From Phoronis australis (Eukaryota > Animalia > Phoronida), in the NCBI GenBank assembly GCA_002633005.1, contig NMRA01000007.1, positions 177,290-241,289 on the forward strand: a stretch of 64,000 nt of DNA. The letters are read 5' to 3'. The notes beneath the pieces were generated by a model. That model saw only the letters and a list, made by a program, of their open reading frames with translations, did no database searches and had not been told where the DNA came from. A program made the translations under genes and the position numbers. Below are positions 1 through 12,000 of the stretch, piece after piece. Every line of letters begins with the position of its first letter. Position 1 is the stretch's first letter.

Positions 1-3000
1 GACAGACATTTGGACTTCTTCGAGATGGTCAGAGCTGAAGATGAAAAGGAGTTTGCCAAGAAGTTTGAAGTTGTAAGTATTAGTCTGTTTACGTTAGTTC
101 ACTGTGTATCAATATGTACATACAACATAATACACGGCCATTGATACAACTGTCCTCTGATTGGCTGAAGCGCGGTACGATAACTTTCAATGTGGCTTAC
201 TATTGATCAACTTGTCTATGAAATATCATTTTTCGTTGATTCTACCTGGATGTCAGACACTGTAGAAATCGTAAACCCTGTCCACAAAGCGTACAGCTGT
301 TGTCAATACTTCAAATCTGCTGTAAAACAAAGTAGTCTAATAGTAAGAGATGGAATAAACAGAGGTTGTGTTATACAACAGAGGCCAATCCTTTGGTGTA
401 TCAGGTGATGTGGATCGATGGAGAGAAGTATTGGTCTCCTTTGGTACATGTGACCTGATATCAGCCTCAAGATGGGTCCGTATTTGTGTCAAGGCTTGGA
501 ATTTTCTTCTTTTAAAAGGATTTCCTCCTTTTATTTAATTTCTAGTTTTCTATTCTTCGTCTCTTTTTATCATTATTTCCTTGAATTAAATTTTACGGCA
601 CAAAAAATATTTCTATCACACAAGCTATTTATTTGTGGAAAACAATACATCACGCAAAAAATTTTCCTCTTTTTGTCATTGGTCATTCCAAGCCCTGTTG
701 TATATTAAACTCACTTCTTTAAAAATTTGACAAAATGAAGATACGTGAAGAAGCAAGTATTAAAGCGTTGTCCTATAGCCTCAGTTGTTATGTATGGTAG
801 GTGCTTTAAAGTACCTTTAAGGTTAAAGGACAATTTAACTTACTAATTGCTGTCTAGTGTTACAAGCAGTTTTACATTTTGTCAAAAAAGTGTTAGAAAT
901 GAGTTAGTGACCAAAAATGTAATATAACTTGATAACATGAAAAATAAATGACATACAAAGTTTGAGATTTGACTGGTACAAGGTAACTTTAATACTGCAC
1001 AACCCTATTATGAATCTCACCCACATTTTGTAATTCTTAACGTTTGTAACTGTTTGATTCAATTCAATTTTGATAACTCGTCGCTGTCTTCTACCGCCAG
1101 TCTCACGTAGACACTAAGAGTGCCACCAGTATGTTCGAGTTGCTCAGGAAGAAGTTGGCCTTCACCACAGCCTACCCTCATCTACTGTCCATACTTCAGC
1201 ATTCTCTACAGTTACCATGTAAGTGTTTACATCTATTGCGGTGTCCTACAGAGGTCTCTGTCTTACCCACACTTATTGTTTGTATCACGACAGTGTCAGA
1301 ACAGACGTGTAATGTAGAAACGTCTCGCTAAGAAAACGCCATTATCCTCCCACCATTGATAATTTGAAGTCGATTTTTTATGACGCAATGAAGTATTTTC
1401 TGTCACAATTGTTCAAAATGAGATATCTAGATGGAACTAGATTGTGAATATATACACACACTGAAATGTGAAATCTATCTGTTGAGTTGATGAGCTCAGA
1501 TATTGTGTTGTTATGGTGCTTTCTGAGCTTACATCTTTTATTGTGAATTTTTTGTGAATTACAGTTTCCATAATTAGAANTACAAGGTAACTTTAATACT
1601 GCACAACCCTATTATGAATCTCACCCACATTTTGTAATTCTTAACGTTTGTAACTGTTTGATTCAATTCAATTTTGATAACTCGTCGCTGTCTTCTACCG
1701 CCAGTCTCACGTAGACACTAAGAGTGCCACCAGTATGTTCGAGTTGCTCAGGAAGAAGTTGGCCTTCACCACAGCCTACCCTCATCTACTGTCCATACTT
1801 CAGCATTCTCTACAGTTACCATGTAAGTGTTTACATCTATTGCGGTGTCCTACAGAGGTCTCTGTCTTACCCACACTTCTTGTTTGTATCACGACAGTGT
1901 CAGAACAGACGTGTAATGTAGAAACGTCTCGCTGAGAAAACGCCAGTTTCCTCCCACCATTGATAATTTGCGGTCGATTTTTTATGACGTAATGAAGTAT
2001 TTTCTGTCACGATTGTTTGAAATGAGATATTTAGATGGAACTAGATTGTGAATATATACACACACTGAAATGTGAAATCTATCTATTGAGTTGATGAGCT
2101 CAGATATTGTGTTGTTATGGTGCTTTCTGAGCTTACGTCTTTTATTGTGAATTTTTCTTGTGAATTACAGTTTCCATAATTAGAATTTCAAAAATTGTTG
2201 ATAAGCTCTGTCCATTTCTCTTAGTCACCACACCAAATGGCAACAGTAACATCGGTCACTACTGGCAGCTGATCGACCGTGTCGTCCAACAGATAGCCAT
2301 ACAGCAGAAGGATGGCAAAGACCCTGACGTAGCGCCACTAGAGGGACTCGATGTCAACAAAATTGTCAAGCAGTAGGTTTTAATACAAACTTATGTAGCC
2401 TTTGAGTCTGTAGAAAAGAGTCTTTCTAAACATGTTTCTGTTCTGTGTTGCAATATGTTAAGAAGTTTAAACTTGTTTCTGGAATTATGGTCTTGGGCTT
2501 TGTGTAGTACCGTTATTCTTTAATAACCGTGACTGTAACTGGTCATGTGTTGAACTCTGTCATCACAGCCACGAAGCACGAGTACTTGGTTCTCTAGCTA
2601 TATCTCATAGGCTCACTTAACTGAAAGACGACTCCTTATATTTGGCCCAGTGCTGTAATACATTGAAACGAGATGATCACAGAGGACGTTTGTGATGATT
2701 TCTTAAGTTAGTTTTGAGTCAGTTATATTTATTCTCTTATTCAATTTTTGTTGGCTGCAAGTTGTCAGGTTACATATAATTGATTTTGGTAAAGAGTACA
2801 GTTTTCCGACTTCCTACGTTCGCAGGCTTGCCAGAGAAAATGAAATGAAAGAGTTTCAAAACAAATTACGTGAACTTAGTAAAGAAAATGATGAGCTAGC
2901 GGCGAAACTAGTCAAAAAGGAAAGGGAGTGTGAAATACGAACACAAGAGAAGGTAAGTGGCAGTGGTATGTTGCCCACTAGTCGAGTCAAGATACCACAT

Positions 3001-6000
3001 AACTTATTGGCTTCAAAGTCTTTGTCATTACCTTTTATGATATACCTTCCAAAATAATGAATGTGAAATTGAATGCTGCTTTCTGGTATAGGATTTTGTA
3101 CTTAGCATTAAGTATGGTATGTGGGTGGAAATGAATGTTGGAGATGCGGAGTTGGGCAGTATTCGCTTCGTGTTTCTGGTACTAACTCTTTTGAAGCTTT
3201 ACATTTTGCTTATGTTGTTACATTCCTGTACTTTAGGCCGTAGCGTTGTAAGCTGTTTATAATTTACACTGGTATAGAAATGCAGTGAATTTCCGCAGTA
3301 TCACTCACATCTAATGTTCTTGGCAACAGAAATACTATGCGATTAAACTGGATTTTGGGAAGGAAGTATTGTCTCCTGAATATCAATGACTGAACAGCCT
3401 AAACAGAGTGGTGATGGTTTAAAAGATTTTCAATTATTACTAATTCCTTCTGTATCATTGGTTTACTGAGAATGGCTTCTTCAGTGAACATGATTATTTA
3501 CAACAACCTTTGCATTAAGCTTTTACACTTTCTTGGGCAATATCTTCATAAATACTTGAAATCTGATAAAACGTGGTAGCCGAATACTAATTTACATAAC
3601 GTTCATTCGCTTCCATTTATTATTTCTTATCCTTGTACATGTGTTAGCCTGCGGCTGTGTGTGAGAACCGGCCTGCTGTGTGCGGCCTCCTGGTGGCAGT
3701 TTGTGCTGCGTGTCTTGCATGGCTCTTTTGACGCTTGCGAGCTTGCTTGGGTTCTAGGAGGATCTCATGGAAACTGTCAACAAAATGAAAAGTCGGCTTG
3801 AGCGAGAGAGCACCGGACACGCTGAAGCCAAAGTACAAATAGGAGACCTGATTACACGACTTAATGAATTTAAAAATCAGGTGAGATTGCTGAGGCTGAC
3901 CCTTATCATTTTCTTTGCTTTCATAAGTGCTGTCCACATTACGAGTTACCCTGCATTACAAGTTACTAGTTACTCCCAGAACGAGTTATCGCCAAGTTTA
4001 TAGTAGTAGTTAATTTAGATGCTGTTTGCGTTGGGACAACCTGACACTCATAACGCTAAATCGTCATGAGAGACCATCCGGAGTTGGTATATAGTGCAAC
4101 TCCGGACGTTCTGGGGTCAACAGAAAACCACAGTTCAACTGTGAGTCTACAACAATGTGATAAACGAGAGTAGTTCTGCTTGCTGCGTCAGCTGCTGGTA
4201 TGCTTATCTCTTTTATGACACACAATGTGTGACTGGGCAAAGCGTTTTCAAAATAATGTGGATAAATCAGTGGAGTGTGAGACCCCTGAGGTCCCTGTTA
4301 AGTCCTCACGACAATTCTACGTTATGTCACTTGACAACGTATCCCTCATTATTGAGGTAGAGCAACTTGTTGTAGGTAAACTTGTCCCAGTACAGGTCAT
4401 AGTGTGGACACAAGCCTGCAGACAAGGCAGAAGGAATCATTAGCTGTGTCCTGGCTGAGTTACACGTCTCATAGGGTTGCCTTATCATTTTTGCACCATA
4501 TGTGTCTCAATGTGTAGGGGGTGTACTGTGGACACTCCGCTGATTGGGGGCAAGTTGATCTAGGGTAACTCGTAGTATGGACATGACTACAGTTAATTTA
4601 AAGGTGGCAGGTACTGATCACTTTTATTATTGCCCATATGTAAAGTTGGCAAACCATTAGTTCCCGTCTATAGCAATGATGGGCAACTCAGATGTTCACC
4701 AGGTGGCGCTATTGGAGACAGTCCCTGTGTTACTCAAGTAGACTGTGAACACAAAGTTGTTCACCTCCATGAACATGTTCCTTGGTGGGGTAAAGGTCCC
4801 ACCTAACCTGAATGCTTGAAATTTCCGTGGACAGAACCATTGTGTTTACTGGCACCACCTTCTGAATTCCAAGTGCCTCGTCACTTGATAGTATTTTTCA
4901 TAGTGCCTCCGTTTGGTGTTTTGCTTGTTTTCCAGCAGCCGGGGAGAGTATTGTAATTGAGTGGCCTGCATGAACCAGGCAGTGTTGTTTCAGTTAACAT
5001 TGTTTGGCATTCAGTGTGTCTGTGTATCAGCTGCTTAGAATGGATGGCTGTTCCCACTGAAACATTACTGCAGATCTCATACCAGACATATAAAATGTCT
5101 TGCTCTAAAATTTTAACTATTTGCAGCAAAGCCATATCTTGTAAAAGTTTTTGTACCTGATTTTTGTAAACATTTTGCTCTATCTGAAGTTGAAGTAATT
5201 GCAGCATATTTTGGTTACCAAAGGTCACAGATTTTCAGAAACCTTTTTAAAGACAAAATCATGAAACCATGCGTTTTTGAAATCCTTAATGTTTGCAGAA
5301 ATATATAATGTGTATGAAAATTTCCTGTTACCAAGTATTTTCTGAAAGAGCATCACTGTATCTCTCATCAATTTGAACCTGAAAATTTTTACATTAAATT
5401 TGTCAGGTCAATTTGCCATAAAAGGTGTCTAGGAATAATGTATAAGCCACAAACTGGGATGTCTAACATGTTCTCATTTTTTCATCAGAGTTTGAATTCT
5501 GTAACACAGTGTTTACCAACCAAGACAAATTTAACAAGACCTGCTAATTAATTGTGTATTAATGACATTTGTGTCATCGCTGGCTCTGCAGATCGAGGTT
5601 GAACGGCGGGAAAGAGAGAAACTTGAACAGTTTGTTAAGACAGGCAGTTTACCTGACGATGCTAAAGTAAACTTTACCACAGCAGCCTCTAGTCTGTCTT
5701 CAATGTCGGCTGCGCCGGCATCCGCCCCACCACCTCCTCCGCCCCCTCCAGGAGCTGCGCCACCGCCACCACCTCCACCACCGGGACCACCACCAGCTCC
5801 AGGTATTTGTCTGTGAGACGCCAACCCCCTCTTGTGTCACTACGTACCCGGCAGTCAACAGTTTGAGACCATTTGTTGCAATTCTTTTGTTATAGGCATG
5901 GGTTTTGATTTCCAACGCATCAAGGTGTCAATAAATTATTTGGTAGAGGAACTCACTGGTCCTTTTGTTAAGGTTAATTAGTCTGAATTTGCACAGTGTA

Positions 6001-9000
6001 CTTGTTTCCTACCCAGAATTAGCTGTTGCTGACAAAATTAAAGGCAGGGTAGCATTTCGCCCAGGGTCTGGCGGAACTCGACCGTGTTAAGGGTACCATT
6101 AGTGGGATTGACCATAAACGATGGTCTAACAAGAACACATGTTTGTGCATAAATTATCGCATAACACTGATTACCTTGCACTGGTAAACACTGTCTGGTA
6201 TGTGCCTGCAGAAAAGATTTTATTTATTGCGATATTTTTGGCTTAAATTTTTTACAAAAAAGAACAATGAGCTTAACCATTAACAATCATGGTGTTTTTA
6301 TCATTAAAATCAACCCAAAGTTACGAGCACTTAACACATTTCAAAGTTAAGAAGAGCACTTAATCAGACATGTCATTAGCAAGATGGGCTAAATCACATA
6401 ATAAGACACGGAGTTAAGTAAAAAATAGGCAGTATAATTATATATAATAGCAACTTAATTGTCATAACCCTATGAAAGGAGTTCAAACCCTGGGTGAAAT
6501 GAACAGTCTTCCTACAGTCCAGTTACAGCATATCTTTTACCTTCTCATGTGGTTCAGTAGGGTTGACTTTGAATAAAGCTGTTGGAAAATTGAATGAAAT
6601 TTCCCTTTTAATCCTCGTTGCAATTAAAGGGAATATAATAATGGTAGGCGCATGATTCTGTTTGTGTCCGTGCAGAAAATAATACCTTTCTGTGCACGAC
6701 TTCTATATTTCTCGAGGTTTCGACCACACTTTAAAAACAGTGTGCTACTGAAGTGCCATAGCACATATTGTTGGCATTTTGCGATTCGATTGTATATTCC
6801 TGAGTTTTGGGCCATTGTTGATTTTTACGCATTCGTGTTGGGAAATACACCTTTGTGCGCCAGTCTTCTTGCGTTTCTTAAGAAAGTTTGACTAAACAGG
6901 TATGCTTACAAACTGCCATTATAGCACTTTTCCATTTTGCAGAATTCTCATCATTTCCATGCACTCGTGTATGGAAATACTCTTCTGTGTGCAACTCTTA
7001 CATTGCAGAGATTTTGACTACTAATTTCAAAGAAGTATGCTTGCAATATGCCGCCATCCTTATCACTAGCATTCTGGATTCAACCATATTGTCCTGGATT
7101 TTATCTTGTTGGTTTTCGCGCATCCAGGCTGTGCGCAAGCCCTCTTTCATTTCAAAGGGAATTTTGACCAAATTTTTAAAACCTATGCTTGTTGTGCTGG
7201 CATTTTGCGATTCAGCATTATTTTTCTAAATTTAAGCCCCTTTTTGCTCTTCTGTGTGCTGCCCTCTAGAGGACATTTAATGGGATATTTCTCTCTGTAA
7301 CTGCCTTGTTTCACGGAGGAATACTTTTGTCTTTACTGTTATATTTCCTAAAAGTAAGCTTATTATAATTATCTCAGTTATATTTCCCACTTGATCTAGT
7401 ATAATGACTTTGTTTGCAGGCTGTCCTGCACCCCTGGGTATTGCAGGCGGACCACCGCCACCTGGTGGAGCTGTGAAGAAGAAGAACATTCCAAAGCCAC
7501 AAAATCCTCTTAAGTCTTTTAACTGGGCCAAAATACCTGACAGCAAACTAACTAACACGGTATGGGGAGACATTGATGATACTAAGGTATGTTAAACATT
7601 CTGAGACTGCAGTAAATTTATGGTAACAATTTAGGCAAATTGGTGCATAATTATGTTATCGTTAGTGTTTATTTATAATACAACCAACCAAAGAACCAAA
7701 AAAAATTTACTGACATGGGGAAATTCATTTTTTCCGTTCAAAAATGGATAATCACCTCACAGAAACATTCGGCATACATGGCTGCTGATGACTTCCTCCG
7801 TACCTAACAGGTGGCACTGTGTACAGTATGTTGTTGTAGACTGAGCTGAGTTTGCAGGCGTCCTCATCACGGTTCATAGCAGACTTTGGTTGGTGGATCC
7901 AGATAGTTTGCTGTATTCTCCTTTTGAAATAATTAAGTTCCCTGTCAGTGACACTCACTCCATTCCTGAGTGGATCACATGATTGTCTCTAGTTGTTTAA
8001 TGATAAAAAGTTGACTTCCTTTTTCATAATTTTGGATTTTACCATAGTCATTTGTTTGAGAACTAGTTTTGCTACAAGTCAAAAATATTTTTGGCGTTAT
8101 AAGTTGTGTTCTCCACATGCTGTTTTGACTCGTCACTGCGTTGAGTTTGAATTCTGTTGTCTTGAGTTTGGCTTACTTGTCGTTGAGTTTGAAAACCTAA
8201 TATATGCTACAAGTTTAAAGTGTTGAGAGATTAGTCATTTGTTAAGGAAATTGGGACATTTTGGATTTTGGTATCAGTTCTATGCATTTATTCGAAGGCT
8301 TAACACATAAACTCCCCACAGTATGGACATGGACTTCCAAACACGTACTTGAATTTTGTAATTCCAGTCGACTGGTTTGAATTTCCTGTTGTGGAGAACA
8401 CTGATAAGTAAAACTATTGAGTTCTGGTAGATGGATGAATTTATTTAGCCAGATTATGGGCTTCTTGAGTTAACACAGATGTAAATTAAATCAGTTTTTG
8501 GCCACAATAAGATCAAGTGAGAGATACAAATTTCACTCTATGGGTGTTACATGAGCTGTATGTTGGCACTTGTTGTCCTAAATTGTTGTAAATATGATCC
8601 TGATGATGTCTAATGAAAAGACGAAACGTTGAATTGAACATGAACTTTTTTATTTGTGCAACACAGATGTAGTAACTTGTAGTGTTTATTTGTAGTTATA
8701 CAAAACTTTAAATTTGGAAGAGTTTGAGAACATGTTCTCGGCTTACCAAAGAAAGGAGGAAGATCTGGGCCTTCAGGGTCAGATGTCAGTCAAGGGCAGG
8801 TCTAAGGAGTTGTCTGTGATTGATGGTCGACGGGCGCAGAACTGTTACATCCTTTTGTCGAGGCTCAAGATGACCGACGACGAGTTGGCTAGAGCAATCT
8901 TGACAATGGACGACCAGGAAGAATTGCCAAAGGATATGTGTGAACAGGTCAGTGACTCTGTTTGTGCCTGATCATATAAGTTGTAGTGTTCAATTGTGAC

Positions 9001-12000
9001 CAGGTCTGTGATTGTGTTCATGCATGAACTTATAAGTTGCGGAGTTCATTTGTGAAGAGATCTGCAACACTGTACATGTGTGAGCAAGTCTCTAACACAG
9101 CTTTTATAAAAATGGTGTGTAAAACTATTTTATGTGAACAGGACTATGAGGTTGTTAGTGTGAATGGAATTAAATGCATAATTATGTTATTTTTTAACAG
9201 GCCGGTTCCATAATATTTGCTTATTTCGTTCTTGGTTCAACATACATGTGTTATGTCTTAGACATTTTCTGTTTCATAATAAATGGTGTTTGAAAGTCGT
9301 AGTTATTACTATTTGATTGGTGTCTTCAATTTTTTGTCAGAAAAAAAGTGGAGAAGGATGCTAATTGGTATCAAAATATTTTAATAATTTCAGACACCTT
9401 GATGATGAAAAATTCTTGATCATTTCAAAATTACAAATTCAAAAGTTTTTGAGAAACAGTTTTCAATTGCCAGTGTTGTGAAATTTCCTTCATAACAATC
9501 CGTAAGATTTGTGGGTACGTTTGTAGTTGCTGAAGTTTGTACCGACCCCTGAAGAGGCACAGATGTTGTCAGAACAGGAACAAGACCTTGACCAGATGGC
9601 CAGAGCTGACCGGTTCTTATATGACATGTCCAAGTAAGGAGTGGCTATCTGCCCGAAGTTTTTGTATATTATCTGTCTACAGGTGTACAGTATTTGTGCA
9701 TCTTGTTCACCTGTCTGTAATTGTGTTATAATTAATTTTATTTTATTTTCCTGACAATGCCAGATTGCTGTTCCAAATTTATTTAACACTGGCTAATGTC
9801 AGCTGGCATTGTGTTCTAGTCATTGTTGGACAGTAACACATATTGTTAATTTGTTTTGTTAGGTAACATTTTTAACACCACCGTATGGGCTGAGCGACAA
9901 ACGTTTTTGTGTGATACCTAAAATGTATTTTCTAAGTGGTGCTTGTTTGGATAATGTGCAGTGTTTGAGCTTCAGCAAAAAAAATGTGTGGCCCGCCGGG
10001 CCATTTTCTTGAATATAAGACCACATCCACATAGGGCCTGTATGTGAAAGTTTACTGGCCCGGCCGTAAATTCACTGGCCCCTGGCCACCAGGCCAGCAT
10101 GTATTTCGAACGCTGATAATGTACAACGTTGCTTTTGACTTTTACCTGTAGAATTGTCCATTATGAGCAAAGACTCAAAGCTCTCTGTTATAAGAAGAAG
10201 TTCTCAGAAAGAATCAGCGACCTCAGACCAAGAGTAGAAGGTACGTCACTGCGAATGTTTCAGTCATGTGACCTGCATAAGCTCTGTTTCCTAACACATA
10301 ACAACACATTTTGTATACTGAATATGCTTACACGGAAACCACTTGTCTTTCTCTGTAGTGACGCGCCTCTCCCATTCTAGCTGCTCCTAAACATGTTGCG
10401 TTTAATTTTGAACTGTAGTGGGAGGTACATTTGAATGAACAGAATTGAACCCAATGTTTGTTATTGTGAAGTTGATAATCACAAGAACAGACTGTCAATT
10501 ATTCGTTGCTTTTTGAGATTTTGCTCTTTGTTAATTATTGTTTTTCTTATTAAGAGAAGGTCAATTCAAGTATCCAGACTCAAAGCTAATTTCTCAATCG
10601 ATTAATAGTTCATCTTTAACGCAGCTGAATATACATTGCCACATATTTGCCGCATGACCGATTTGCTCGCAGTATAGATAAGAATTGAGCATTCTTGTTG
10701 GTTGAAAGTCAGCTAGTGGAAACTTCATGCAATTTTGCTTAGCTTTATTGACTGAAGCATCAAACAGTTAATGAAAACACAGACCCTAGATTGACTTTGA
10801 TAAACACATTTATTTCAGCGGTGCTAAATGCATCCATTCAGGTACTGAAGAGTAAGAGACTACGGAAGCTGCTGGAGATCGTGCTGGCCTTTGGCAACTT
10901 CATGAACCGCGGACAGCGTGGAAATGCATCAGGCTTCAAATTACAAAGTCTCAATCGCATCGTCGACACCAAGTCTAGTGCCAACAAACAAGTGACATTG
11001 TTGCATTATCTAGTGACCACAGTTGAATGCAAGGTGGGTGGTTGGAAGTAGTGTGGGTAAACTACTGGAATGGGTATCCAGGCGGTTAGTACAATTATAT
11101 GTTTGACTGCCTCAGAGGAACCGGTTTGTTGGTGTGTGTTAGAATTAAACCTCTCAGAATGTTCCTGGTTTAACAGTTCAAGATTAATTATCTGTGCTGT
11201 TGTACCAAGTAAATTATGGGGAACCGCTGGATATAAATCAGGATCAAGAAATGAAGCGGTTGTGACAAGTGTAGCATTGTAATAAGATGCGTTATTTTCT
11301 TAGAAATGAATTACGATCATGAAGTTGCTTAAATTTCCATCGCAATATGCCGGAAAGTCGAATTCTACTTATTATAAAATGTAGGGAGACAACATGCCCC
11401 TGCGTTCCCTCTCAACTACACCCCTGCGTACTATCCTATCTTGAGTCGAGATCTGTCCCTTAGACAGGTTTAGATTGGAAATTTGCAAAGTCGAATAATG
11501 AGGAAGAACAATTATTTCATCATTTGTTGTGAGTTATGCATGATTGCAGGCAAGCATTGAGATTTATTTAATGAGTCAGTCAATGAACTTTATTCTTGTT
11601 ACAGTTTCCTGACGTGCTCAAGCTGGAACAAGAGATACCAGACACTCGCTTTGCCTCAAAAGTGGGGTAGGTTAATGTGCGCAGTGTTAACTGTTGGAAA
11701 GTGGCTTCACACAGTTGTAGTACTTGGGATCATTCATTGTTATTGATTTTTCCAAAAACGTGCTTCTTTTTGAAGGTGGAATCTGTGTTTTATTGAATTG
11801 ATAAATTGATCGTGTACATCTTGCAGTCAAGGTTTGTCAGTAATGAATGATTTGATTTCCTTTTGTAGTTTGCAGTAATGAATGATTTGATTTCCTTTTG
11901 TAGTTTGCAGGATCTTGAAACAGAAATAAGACAATTAAAATTGGGATTGAAAGAAATAGAAAAGGTATGCTACTTGTTATTAATATTAAACATAATAGTT

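Noticed and set aside
4076-4107. Perfect 10-bp hairpin TCCGGAGTTG...CAACTCCGGA
   Set aside because: Lies within further inverted repeats and GAGTTAT/GAGTTAC motifs typical of a small repeat element; no evidence for an RNA gene.
5531-5915. Gly-rich and Trp/Arg-rich minus-strand ORFs
   Set aside because: Antisense shadows of the DAAM FH1 polyproline exon.
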